Assembly: GCA_026414975.1 (NCBI GenBank)
Contig: JAOAHZ010000001.1
Span: forward strand, 326,086 to 390,085
DNA: 64,000 nt
Direction of reading: 5' to 3'
DNA from: Bacteroidia bacterium
Lineage (GTDB): Bacteria; Bacteroidota; Bacteroidia; SpSt-205
A program made the position numbers and the translations under genes. Positions 1 through 8,478 of the stretch are shown here, in pieces. How positions within the stretch are numbered: position 1 is the stretch's first letter; each line of letters starts with the position of its first letter. The notes under the pieces are model-generated. The model saw only the letters and a program-made list of their open reading frames with translations, was not told the DNA's origin and ran no database searches.

Positions 1-2474
1 TTTCGGTAGATAAAGGGGCGGAACACATCATTTATACCATCTCCATTCGGGGTAAAGGTGTTAGGTAGCATGAGGACAGGGCAGTTATCAAAGCAAATGG
101 GGGCGCCCAAAGGGCTTTCATTGCCGCTGGTATCACGGGCGGTGAGAGCAAAGCAAAAATTGAGTGTATTAGGAGCGCGCCAACGGAAGCGGCGTTGAGG
201 CTCTTGTACATAACTCAGAAGGGTGTATGGACCATTGGGTTGCTCAGCTAAATATACACCGTAGCTTCCTACATCTCCTCCACACGTGCTATCTGGAGCC
301 TCCCAGCGAATATCTACAACATAAGCCTCGCAATCTGCTTCTGCTTGATAACTCGTAGGGTCAGGCAGGCAAGGAGGGGTTGTGTCCCGCGGTGCTTCGC
401 AGGCTTTATTAGAGGCATTCCACAAAGGCGAGCGGACTCCGTTGACCCCATAAGATCCACGGCTCAGAATGTAATAGCAGTAAGTCTGGTCATTTTGAAG
501 CCCATAGTCTACATAAGTAAAGACTTGACGGCCCGTTGCTTGAACGGGTATAGCTGCAATCTGAACGAAGGGGCTGGGCTGGGGAGGATCGGCGCGGTAA
601 ATGAAAAAGGTATCATTAGTCCAAGGCACATTCTGCTCCCATCGAAGGACGAGAGCTCCGTCTCGAGGCTGAATAGTAAGAAATAGGCTAGTGGCCGTAT
701 TACTGGAAGCTACTTCTCGTCCTGTCCCATCTAAAAGACGCACCCGATATCGGTAGGGACGTGTACTAGTGGATAAGCCGCCTTGATCTAAATAGCCATC
801 CGTAGTCAAACCTGTAGCGATTGTTTGAAAGTTCGTCCCCGTGAAGCCTTCCGTTCGCTCCAGCGTATAAGTATAAGGAGGCGGGAAAAAAGTGCTGTCT
901 AAAATTAGGGGCGCTTGCCAAGCTACCCAGATGGCGCCGTTCGTGCCATCCGTGGTGTGGACACTATCCTGAAGCATAAGGGGAAAATTGATAGGTAAAG
1001 TGATACAAGCCTCCTCACTTGGGCAGCTTAGACTACCTCTGTACCGAGCTCGTATGCGATAGCAGTACTGAGGACTAAACTCCAAATCCGCATCCGTATA
1101 GGTCGTAACAGAGCCCAGAACAGTGGCAACTAACTCATAGCCTGTCAAGGGAGCTCTACAACAGGGGGTATCTACATAGCTTCGAGGGGCTGGAGAACGA
1201 TATATTTCATAAGCATCGGGTGGACAAGCTGCGGGTTGCCAGCTCAAAGTAATCTGACGAGGTCCCGGTGTTAGAGTCAGTCCTGAGGGAGGAGGGCCTA
1301 TCACATAAATCCTCGTTACAGCATTGGCAGCGAGGGGGGGACGATATTGAAGGTTATCGTGAGCATACCAGTCTATCTGATAAAAGTTGGCTCGGATGTG
1401 TTCGCACACTGTTTGCCAGTTGAGGGTTGCGCTTACTTCAGGTGGATTGACAGCTGTAAGAGGAAATGTATTAGGGAGGATGGTAGCAGGGCTGGGTTGG
1501 GCCTGAAAAGGGCCGTTGAAACCAAGTCCAGCGTTGTTTAGGTAGAAATAAATGCTGTCTCGGGCATCAGGGTCATAGGCTCGCACAGGAAAAGTTAGGC
1601 GTCGCCCGGCTGTGATGCAGGTTTCAGCTGGGGCTTCTATCACAGGAGGGCGATTTTGGCAGGGCGATACGAAAATCGCCATGTCGCGAACTACATACCC
1701 TATGCGGCGTCCATTTCGGTACTCCTCTATGAGGATGGCGATATTGTAGACCCCTACCTGCTGAGGCGTATCCCATGTAATCAGTCCCGTTTGTCTGTCA
1801 ATAGTAAAGGTTCCCCCAAAAGCATCGGGGAAGCGATAATTGGCGACGGGGATAGGATTCTGCATCACGCCGGGGTCGTACTGCCGGCAGGGAATCAAGC
1901 TATACACTAAAGAGTCCCCATCCGGATCGTATGCGCCGGGATTGTGTGTCCATAAGCGCCCAATGCAGGCGTCGTCTATGGGCTCGTTGAGTAGAATGGG
2001 GGAGTTATTTATACCGATGAAGGGGTTATTATTGAGGAGGGTCTCTACGTAAAATGAGCTAGCTCCTGAATTGGTCATGTTACGCACATTTTCCACGCGG
2101 GCGAAGTCAGCAAAACGCAGCTCGTACGAGCCGGGTCCTGGAAGAGTGATTTCTACAGTGTAGTCGCTGCGCTTGACACGAGGGCGCAGTCGCGTGCCGA
2201 TGCGGGCGGGGGCATTACAACCAGGCCCACTGGGACCATTGGATCGGGGTATGTTGGTATAAGCAGCAACGAAAGTCTTTGTATTCCCAATCACGCTCCA
2301 GACCTCTAAATCTACAAAACAGCGGTCCACCCCAGCCGCAGCGGAGTCAGAATAATACGTAATCGTGACGCGGTATCGGTTTGGAGCAATGTAGGTATAG
2401 CTGATTTGGCCTGCGAGTCCATGGGTCGCTCGCAAGGTTGGTAGCAGCAGGAGAAAGGGGAGGACTTTCCGCAT
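1..2474 (-). CDS. T9SS type B (gliding-motility-associated CTD) surface protein, 3' end runs off the window
   Basis: Missing from the ORF track; both ends read manually and they share a frame. ATG at 2474 gives MRKVLPFLLLLPTLRATHGLAGQISYTY; the window edge reads LMLPNTFTPNGDGINDVFRPF, the CHU_C/TIGR04131 motif. Confidence 0.88.
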   Translation of the reverse strand, partial: MRKVLPFLLLLPTLRATHGLAGQISYTYIAPNRYRVTITYYSDSAAAGVDRCFVDLEVWSVIGNTKTFVAAYTNIPRSNGPSGPGCNAPARIGTRLRPRVKRSDYTVEITLPGPGSYELRFADFARVENVRNMTNSGASSFYVETLLNNNPFIGINNSPILLNEPIDDACIGRLWTHNPGAYDPDGDSLVYSLIPCRQYDPGVMQNPIPVANYRFPDAFGGTFTIDRQTGLITWDTPQQVGVYNIAILIEEYRNGRRIGYVVRDMAIFVSPCQNRPPVIEAPAETCITAGRRLTFPVRAYDPDARDSIYFYLNNAGLGFNGPFQAQPSPATILPNTFPLTAVNPPEVSATLNWQTVCEHIRANFYQIDWYAHDNLQYRPPLAANAVTRIYVIGPPPSGLTLTPGPRQITLSWQPAACPPDAYEIYRSPAPRSYVDTPCCRAPLTGYELVATVLGSVTTYTDADLEFSPQYCYRIRARYRGSLSCPSEEACITLPINFPLMLQDSVHTTDGTNGAIWVAWQAPLILDSTFFPPPYTYTLERTEGFTGTNFQTIATGLTTDGYLDQGGLSTSTRPYRYRVRLLDGTGREVASSNTATSLFLTIQPRDGALVLRWEQNVPWTNDTFFIYRADPPQPSPFVQIAAIPVQATGRQVFTYVDYGLQNDQTYCYYILSRGSYGVNGVRSPLWNASNKACEAPRDTTPPCLPDPTSYQAEADCEAYVVDIRWEAPDSTCGGDVGSYGVYLAEQPNGPYTLLSYVQEPQRRFRWRAPNTLNFCFALTARDTSGNESPLGAPICFDNCPVLMLPNTFTPNGDGINDVFRPFIYR

Positions 2475-2505
2475 TTGAGTACCACAAAATAAACATATTT
2501 GTGCA

Positions 2506-3444
2506 GTGCTATTAGAGCAGCTCGTAGGTGCCGCTCAAAAGATTGTGATAGGTCAGCGAGAATCGTTGGAGCATCTTTGGACGGCCTTAGTGGCAGGTGG
2601 GCATGTTTTATTAGAAGGTGTGCCTGGTGTGGCTAAGACGCTGATGGCGAGCACCATCGCTCGTCTATCGGGATTAGAGTTTCGGCGCGTGCAGTTTACG
2701 CCTGATATGCTCCCTTCAGACCTGACAGGAGGCTTGGTATATGAAGGACCCGGGCGCTTCACAGTGCGTAAAGGACCCATATTTACTCAGGTACTTTTAG
2801 CTGATGAAGTGAATCGGGCTCCAGCCAAAGTACAGAGTGCTCTGCTGGAGTCTATGCAGGAGGGCCAGGTTACCATCGGAGAGGAGAGTTATCCTTTGCC
2901 TAAGCCGTTTTGGGTATTGGCGACCCAGAATCCCATAGAGCAGGAGGGTACGTATGCCCTTCCCGAGGCTCAGGTAGATCGGTTTCTCTTCCGCGTGGAG
3001 GTCTCCTACCCAACGAGTGAGGAGGAAGAAGAGATTTTGCGGCGATGGGCTCGTCATCAGTATCCTGAGCCGCCTGCGCCCCTCCTTTCTGCTTCAAAGG
3101 TATTAGACTATCAAGATCAAGCCAACCGAGTAGAAGTGACTCAGCGGCTGGAGCAGTACATAGTGCGATTAGTACGAGCTACTCGGGCGCCTGAAGCCGC
3201 TGGTATTAAGGGCTGGCAGCATAAAATAGCTTATGGGGCTTCGCCCCGCGCAGCTTTAGCTCTTCACCGAGCGGCACGAGCTCGGGCCTTTCTCTTAGGA
3301 CGCTCTGCTGTGCTGCCCGAAGACATCAAGGCTGTGGCCCTTCCCGTCTTACGACATCGGATTATTCTATCTTACAGCGCTTTAGCCGAGGGCATCTCAT
3401 CCGACTCCTTCATTCAATCACTCCTTTCGGCTATTCCTTATTGA
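2506..3444 (+). CDS. MoxR family AAA+ ATPase
   Basis: GHVLLEGVPGVAKT Walker A, RVQFTPDMLPSD, LADEVNRAPAKVQSALLE, ATQNPIEQEGTY. Confidence 0.95.
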   Translation: MLLEQLVGAAQKIVIGQRESLEHLWTALVAGGHVLLEGVPGVAKTLMASTIARLSGLEFRRVQFTPDMLPSDLTGGLVYEGPGRFTVRKGPIFTQVLLADEVNRAPAKVQSALLESMQEGQVTIGEESYPLPKPFWVLATQNPIEQEGTYALPEAQVDRFLFRVEVSYPTSEEEEEILRRWARHQYPEPPAPLLSASKVLDYQDQANRVEVTQRLEQYIVRLVRATRAPEAAGIKGWQHKIAYGASPRAALALHRAARARAFLLGRSAVLPEDIKAVALPVLRHRIILSYSALAEGISSDSFIQSLLSAIPY

Positions 3445-3445
3445 T

Positions 3446-4681
3446 ATGAAACGCGCTGCGCCCGACTGGTTGCTTTACTTTCTGGCTTTCACTCTAATGA
3501 GTGTAGGTATCCTGAACCTTTACTCTATAGAGGATTTTCCAGCCTGGAGTTGGAAGTACGCATATGTGAGGCAGTTTACATGGGCTGGTATCAGTGTATT
3601 AGCCATGGTCTTGGCTAGCCTTATAGAGGGACAAGTCTGGCGCTACTTTGCTTATACTCTGTATGGTCTTGGGGTAGCTGTTATGCTCCTTACGGCGGTT
3701 ACCGCTCGAGAAATCAACGGGGCTCGAGCATGGTTGAGCATCGGTCCCCTTCAGATTCAACCGGCGGAGTTTATGAAGATAGCTACGGCTCTGGCGCTCG
3801 CGGCTTATCTAACGCGTTATGACTTTCGTTGGGGACAGTGGCGCGACCGCCTCATGGTGGGTGTACTGATTGGGGTGCCTATGGCTCTCACTTTACTGCA
3901 GAGTGATACGGGTACAGCTCTGACTTTTGCCGCCTTTTTGGTGCCTTTGTATCGATGGGGCCTATCCATTTGGGTCATCCTAATACCCGTTATACTGGGG
4001 GGGCTGGCGTTTATGACCCTTCTGTATCCATGGGTCTACATAGCTTCCATCCTAACCGTTCTATTGGCTCTAGTTTACTTTTTTATCCTTAAGAGGCGCT
4101 ATCTAAGCCTTCATATCGCTCTGGCTGTCCTACTTTGGGTATGGCTTGGGTTTTCAGGATATCTTTACCATGAGGTTTTGGCACCGCATCAGCGGCAGCG
4201 TATAGAAGTGCTTTTGGATCCGTACAAAGACCCTCTGGGTTCAGGGTGGAATACCATTCAAGCTCGGGTTGCTTTAGTAGCAGGCGGCTTGACAGGTCAA
4301 GGTTATGGCAAGGGCCTTCAGAGTAAGTTAGATTTCATTCCGCAGCGGCACACGGACTTTGCCTATTGTAGCATTGCAGAAGAGTGGGGGTGGTTAGGGG
4401 GGGTGGTAGTCATAAGTCTGTACCTCTTTTTTCTGCTGCGTATCGCATGGGTGGCTGAAAGTACAAATAATCGCTTTGCCCTGCTGTATGGATATGCTTT
4501 ATCCGCTCTACTCTGGATACATTTACTGATCAATGTAGCTATGATTGTGGGACTACTCCCTGTAGTTGGGATTCCCCTAATCTTCATTAGTTATGGGGGC
4601 TCCTCTTGGGTAGCGATAGGATGGGGGCTGGGTATTTTGCAAAGCTTTTATCGTGAGCGCTGGATGCGTCTATTTGGATAG
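3446..4681 (+). CDS. rodA: Rod shape-determining SEDS protein RodA
   Basis: GARAW, IQPAEFMK, DTGTA, IPQRHTDF, EEWG, GIPLIFISYGGSS; polytopic membrane protein. Confidence 0.9.
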   Translation: MKRAAPDWLLYFLAFTLMSVGILNLYSIEDFPAWSWKYAYVRQFTWAGISVLAMVLASLIEGQVWRYFAYTLYGLGVAVMLLTAVTAREINGARAWLSIGPLQIQPAEFMKIATALALAAYLTRYDFRWGQWRDRLMVGVLIGVPMALTLLQSDTGTALTFAAFLVPLYRWGLSIWVILIPVILGGLAFMTLLYPWVYIASILTVLLALVYFFILKRRYLSLHIALAVLLWVWLGFSGYLYHEVLAPHQRQRIEVLLDPYKDPLGSGWNTIQARVALVAGGLTGQGYGKGLQSKLDFIPQRHTDFAYCSIAEEWGWLGGVVVISLYLFFLLRIAWVAESTNNRFALLYGYALSALLWIHLLINVAMIVGLLPVVGIPLIFISYGGSSWVAIGWGLGILQSFYRERWMRLFG

Positions 4682-5230
4682 AAGGGCTTGTAAAAGCGGC
4701 TCTTCAGTTATCTCTGATAAAAGAGCGGGTTCTTGGTGGATACATTTCTCCAGTAGTTCAGCTGCTTCAGCGGTGCGTCCTAACCGAGCTAAAAATAATG
4801 CCCTGTAGTAAAGCAGTTCAGGGGTTTGCTGAGGTAGCTCACTGGCGCGTTGGAGAGCTTCTTCCGCAGTTTGTGTATCGCCAAAATGCATGGCCCAAAA
4901 TGCTTTATGGGCCCACCAGCGGGGATTCGTAGAGTCCTGCTTAAGAAGTTCATCTAACACATGATACGCTTCTCTGACGCGATTTTGCTTAAGGAGCTCT
5001 TCGTAATGCGAGCGCAAAGCAGGTAGATAAGTTGGGCAAACAAGTCTACACTGTACCAGAGCGGAATAGGCCTCGGGGTCTCCCAGCTTCTTAAGTAAGC
5101 GGTATTTCTCATACCACAGCTCAGGGCTATTCGGAAAAAGACTAAGCCCTACATAAAGGGGTGTAAGAGCTTCTCTTAGCAGGCCTTCTTCACTTAGCCG
5201 AAAGCTCTGCCCCAAGTACTCGGCGACCAT
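4670..5230 (-). CDS. Tetratricopeptide repeat protein
   Basis: TPR-like helices (PELWYEK, PRWWAHKA, PELLYYRA). Start moved to ATG 5230 because the track's TTG lies inside a TAACTTTG promoter element. Confidence 0.75.
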   Translation of the reverse strand: MVAEYLGQSFRLSEEGLLREALTPLYVGLSLFPNSPELWYEKYRLLKKLGDPEAYSALVQCRLVCPTYLPALRSHYEELLKQNRVREAYHVLDELLKQDSTNPRWWAHKAFWAMHFGDTQTAEEALQRASELPQQTPELLYYRALFLARLGRTAEAAELLEKCIHQEPALLSEITEEPLLQALLSK

Positions 5231-5292
5231 GACTAAGAACAAAGTTAGACAAAAGTCGTACCTCTCAAAACCATCTATGCCTTAAGCATAAA

Positions 5293-5311
5293 TGCCCCCC
5301 ATCGGGGGGCA
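5293..5311. terminator. GC-rich hairpin, possible terminator
   Basis: Perfect 8-bp inverted repeat TGCCCCCC-ATC-GGGGGGCA; only a short TTTAT follows on the minus strand. Confidence 0.35.
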
Positions 5312-5355
5312 CCCAGAACCCATCTATGAAGAGCGAATAGACTCCAATAGGAAAA

Positions 5356-5420
5356 GGGAGCATGGAAGGATAGCGTCGGGCAGGCGAACCTTGTAATTGG
5401 CGCTACCTTCTGATGCTTTT
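5356..5420 (+). other. Long irregular stem-loop, candidate structured RNA
   Basis: GGGAGCAT/ATGCTTTT, GAAGG/CCTTC, TAGCG/CGCTA and AGG-CGAA-CCT nest into one rod; G-U pairs favour the + strand. Confidence 0.35.
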
Positions 5421-5456
5421 ATACGCAGGGAAGGCAAATGAAGTTGCATAGGTAGG

Positions 5457-5464
5457 TATCTTTG
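5457..5464 (+). promoter_or_regulatory. Bacteroidota -7 element TATCTTTG
   Basis: Exact TAnnTTTG, 4 nt before GTG 5469. Confidence 0.55.
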
Positions 5465-5468
5465 TCCT

Positions 5469-5654
5469 GTGAAAAAGATGTACCCAGAAGTTCTCCCTTT
5501 GTCTTCGGGAGAGGGCAGCTGCCTGCTCATAAAATGGATTTCACAGCGTGTAGTCGGTTTGATTTGTAGGTTTGAGGGGGGGGCTCTCCCTATAGGGCAG
5601 ACGGGGGGCTCAGCTCTTGGGTTATACTTCCAACCCTCCCGAGGACTTGATTGA
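5469..5654 (+). CDS. Possible small protein (61 aa) or leader ORF
   Basis: No recognisable family. Supported only by the -7 element 4 nt upstream and by the stop overlapping the PAP2 start. Confidence 0.3.
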   Translation: MKKMYPEVLPLSSGEGSCLLIKWISQRVVGLICRFEGGALPIGQTGGSALGLYFQPSRGLD

Positions 5655-6198
5655 GAAACTCTTAGAGTGGGATACCCAGGCTCTACTCTGGATAAATACA
5701 AATGGTATGGAGCCATGGGATACAATTGCTTGGTACGGAACAAAAGGGTGGATCGGTATTCCTCTGTATCTCGTGGCGAGCGGTTGGCTTCTGTGGCGGA
5801 AAGGGAAACAGGGTTTGCGAGCCTTGGCGGTGATTGTAGCGATTATTGCTGCGACGGACCTTATCTGTGCCCGCATACTCAAGCCGGGTGTAGGACGGCT
5901 GCGTCCTTCTCATGAACCTTGCCTATCTGGGCGCCTTCGGCTTTTGCATGGCTATAGGGGAGGGTTATACAGCTTTCCCTCTAATCATGCGGCGAACACA
6001 GCAGCCGGTAGTGTAGCGTTTGCTTTATACATTCGTCATCCTCTCGTATGGCTGATAGGTGCGCTCTGGACTTTTCTGCATAGCTTTACGCGGGTGTATT
6101 TAGGGGTGCATTATCCGAGCGACATTTTGGCTGGCTGGATAATCGGAAGTCTTCTATCCCTCGTACTTTTGAAAGTTTATCAGAGGCGGTATGCTTAA
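5647..6198 (+). CDS. PAP2 family phosphatase
   Basis: KPGVGRLRP, SFPSNH, TRVYLGVHYPSD; likely start TTG 5647 (MIEKLLEWD). Confidence 0.92.
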   Translation: MIEKLLEWDTQALLWINTNGMEPWDTIAWYGTKGWIGIPLYLVASGWLLWRKGKQGLRALAVIVAIIAATDLICARILKPGVGRLRPSHEPCLSGRLRLLHGYRGGLYSFPSNHAANTAAGSVAFALYIRHPLVWLIGALWTFLHSFTRVYLGVHYPSDILAGWIIGSLLSLVLLKVYQRRYA

Positions 6199-7126
6199 TC
6201 ACCCAGTTCTGTGGGGTTTTATAGCCCTTGTCTCAGGATACTTGATATTGGATTTAGGACTTTTGCATCGAAAAGTACGGGTTCTCACACTGCGTCAGGC
6301 GGCTTGGCAATCGCTCCTCATAGTTCTAATAGCTCTCTCATTTGGCGTGTTTGTGTATGCGCAAAAAGGACGAAGCGCTGCGGCTGAATACTACTCGGCT
6401 TATGTCATGGAGTATGCCCTTTCTATGGACAATGTCTTCGTGATTTTGCTCATCTTTCGCTACTTCTCTATAGAGCCTCAGTATCAGCATCGAGTCCTGT
6501 TTTGGGGGATAGTTGGTGCTATGGTCATGCGAGGGATGTTCATATTTGCAGGTGTCCTTATAGTGCGTCAGTTTCACTGGGTTTTGTACTTTTTTGGTGC
6601 ATTTCTGGTGTGGGCTGGCATCAAAAATCTATTTTTCCGCTCCGATGAACCACCTGATCTGAGTAAGAATCTTCTTCTACGATTCTTGAGTCGCTATCTG
6701 AGGATTACGACCGCCCCCCATCAAGGAAAGTTTATTATAAAACGCCACAACAAGCGATACTTTACGCTGCTTGCTCTTGCCCTGATGATGGTAGAATTCA
6801 CGGATTTGCTATTTGCTGTGGATTCTATTCCGGCAGCTTTTGCTATAACTCAAGATGAGGATATTCTGTTTAGCTCCAATATCCTTGCGGTCATGGGACT
6901 TCGGTCTATGTTTTTCATGCTGGCGGCGGTGATTGATCGCTTCTGGGCATTAGAGTATGGTATTTCTATTGTGCTGGTTGGGATCGGGCTTAAGATGTTT
7001 CAAGGCCTTATGGGCTTTCATGTATCAGCCGAAGTCTCTCTAATATTTATTCTGGGCGCGCTTAGTCTGAGTATTCTTCTCTCCCTAATCGTACCCAAAC
7101 GAGATGAGACCCCTGCTACCCCATAA
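6191..7126 (+). CDS. TerC/Alx family membrane protein
   Basis: EYALSMDNVFV, QHRVLFWGIVGA, DLLFAVDSIPA, SNILAVMGLRSMFF. Confidence 0.95.
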   Translation: MLNHPVLWGFIALVSGYLILDLGLLHRKVRVLTLRQAAWQSLLIVLIALSFGVFVYAQKGRSAAAEYYSAYVMEYALSMDNVFVILLIFRYFSIEPQYQHRVLFWGIVGAMVMRGMFIFAGVLIVRQFHWVLYFFGAFLVWAGIKNLFFRSDEPPDLSKNLLLRFLSRYLRITTAPHQGKFIIKRHNKRYFTLLALALMMVEFTDLLFAVDSIPAAFAITQDEDILFSSNILAVMGLRSMFFMLAAVIDRFWALEYGISIVLVGIGLKMFQGLMGFHVSAEVSLIFILGALSLSILLSLIVPKRDETPATP

Positions 7127-7931
7127 GCGATTAGGAAGGCGAGGACCCTGGCTGATCTTATTGCATGGGTATATGGTGGATGGAGGCATGTTCATGCCCG
7201 TGGAAAGCACACTGGCTCAGCATTACAGATTGTTGATCCCCGACTTGCGGGGCTATGGTAGTGCGTGGTCGTGGGAAGGGCCTTACACCTTTCTCCAGAG
7301 AGCCGAAGATGTAGCTCGTCTTATAGAGGCATTTTCGCCCAGCGAGCCCGTCTGGGTTTTGGGCTATTCTATGGGAGGGGTTATCGCTCAAGTCCTTTTG
7401 AAGCACTATCCAGAGAAAATAAGAGGGGTGATTTTGGCCTGTACCTTTGCTTACAAGCCCCTTACTACCTTAGAACAGTGGCAGGGTCGCCTGCTGCCCC
7501 GTCTCCTGAAGCTTCTACCGCCTGCTTCTTTAGCGAACTTGCTGTATCCCCAAGCATTTGGTACGGAAACCTTTCCGCCCGAAGTGGTGGAGTGGTACAA
7601 AAAAGCTCTTCAGCGCACACGCTTAGAAGTGCTTTTAGCGGATGCAGAGAACCTATTCAGCTTTGATGGGCGTCCCTTTTTGGCTGCTATCCAGAAGCCT
7701 ACTTTGGTCATAGGAGGAATGGCGGACCTGATTGTTCCGGCTCATCATAGCCAGCTCATAGCAGATAAAATTCCCAGCGCCCGTTTAGTCCTCTATCCGG
7801 GTGCAGGTCATGCTCTAATATTTACGCATAGGCGTCCTTTTGCTCGGGATATACATCGCTTCATTCTACAGGCGGCTCATACATCTGGAGAACCCAGTCC
7901 GCACTCTGTCCTGTCTCAATCTCAGCAATGA
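7104..7931 (+). CDS. Alpha/beta fold hydrolase
   Basis: LLHG, PDLRGYG, GYSMGG nucleophile elbow, DLIVP, AGH. Confidence 0.92.
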   Translation: MRPLLPHKRLGRRGPWLILLHGYMVDGGMFMPVESTLAQHYRLLIPDLRGYGSAWSWEGPYTFLQRAEDVARLIEAFSPSEPVWVLGYSMGGVIAQVLLKHYPEKIRGVILACTFAYKPLTTLEQWQGRLLPRLLKLLPPASLANLLYPQAFGTETFPPEVVEWYKKALQRTRLEVLLADAENLFSFDGRPFLAAIQKPTLVIGGMADLIVPAHHSQLIADKIPSARLVLYPGAGHALIFTHRRPFARDIHRFILQAAHTSGEPSPHSVLSQSQQ

Positions 7932-8451
7932 TAGCTTCTATCAGAAGTTCCCGAGCGGGGTCGTAGGTTAATTTCAGATTGGAGCCGTATAAACGAGCAA
8001 TGCTCTGCCAAAAAGTTGCTTGGATACCCCCTAAGTAGTCCTGAATCAGCGTGTAGACGTCCACACCTGTTTCTCGGTGAATGAGCTTGATGAGTAAAAT
8101 ACCCTGCGTCACGGTCATATCGCGTAAGATAGGCTCGTATTTGTCAAACAGGTCTTTTTTGAGCTGTTTAGAGTACCGTTTGTAATCACGGCTTTTTTCA
8201 CCGAGGCGAGCGCGTTCATTATCTACTTCGCGTACGATGCGAGCAGCCTCCTTAGCTAAGGGGTAAACGAAATGCACATTACGGCGCAACCGTTGGAAAG
8301 CAGCCCACTGCTTACGCACTTCGGCGATGCGCTCGGGAGAAGGCAAAGCTGCTACAATCTCCACGGGGTTCATCACATAGATAGGAATGCTGTCTGGCCC
8401 TAAGAGGAGCTTATGAGGGGTCTGCGCATGCAAAATTAGAGAGACGGGCAT
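7861..8451 (-). CDS. DUF4294-like Bacteroidota protein
   Basis: RLRRNVHFVYPLAK, MTVTQGILLIKLIHRETG, FWQSIARLYGSNLKLTYDP. Start uncertain; the track's 8712 start overlaps miaB. Confidence 0.78.
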   Translation of the reverse strand: MPVSLILHAQTPHKLLLGPDSIPIYVMNPVEIVAALPSPERIAEVRKQWAAFQRLRRNVHFVYPLAKEAARIVREVDNERARLGEKSRDYKRYSKQLKKDLFDKYEPILRDMTVTQGILLIKLIHRETGVDVYTLIQDYLGGIQATFWQSIARLYGSNLKLTYDPARELLIEAIIAEIETGQSADWVLQMYEPPVE

Positions 8452-8463
8452 GACAAATCTTCT

Positions 8464-8471
8464 TACCTTTG
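8464..8471 (+). promoter_or_regulatory. -7 element TACCTTTG of miaB
   Basis: Exact TAnnTTTG, 7 nt before ATG 8479. Confidence 0.65.
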
Positions 8472-8478
8472 TGAAAAT

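Noticed and set aside
345-2052. Short + strand ORFs at the window start
   Set aside because: Antisense to the long minus-strand T9SS type B gene that the track omitted.
5576-5583. G8 slippage fusing the small ORF to PAP2
   Set aside because: The PAP2 frame has a TAG at 5593, so a shift at this run cannot fuse them.
5324-5743. 139-aa - strand ORF
   Set aside because: Overlaps PAP2 antisense, has no recognisable motif and no -7 box at its start.
5469-6190. yybP-ykoY (Mn) riboswitch ahead of the TerC gene
   Set aside because: The conserved GGGGAGUA and GAGACC elements were not found, and TerC overlaps the PAP2 stop.
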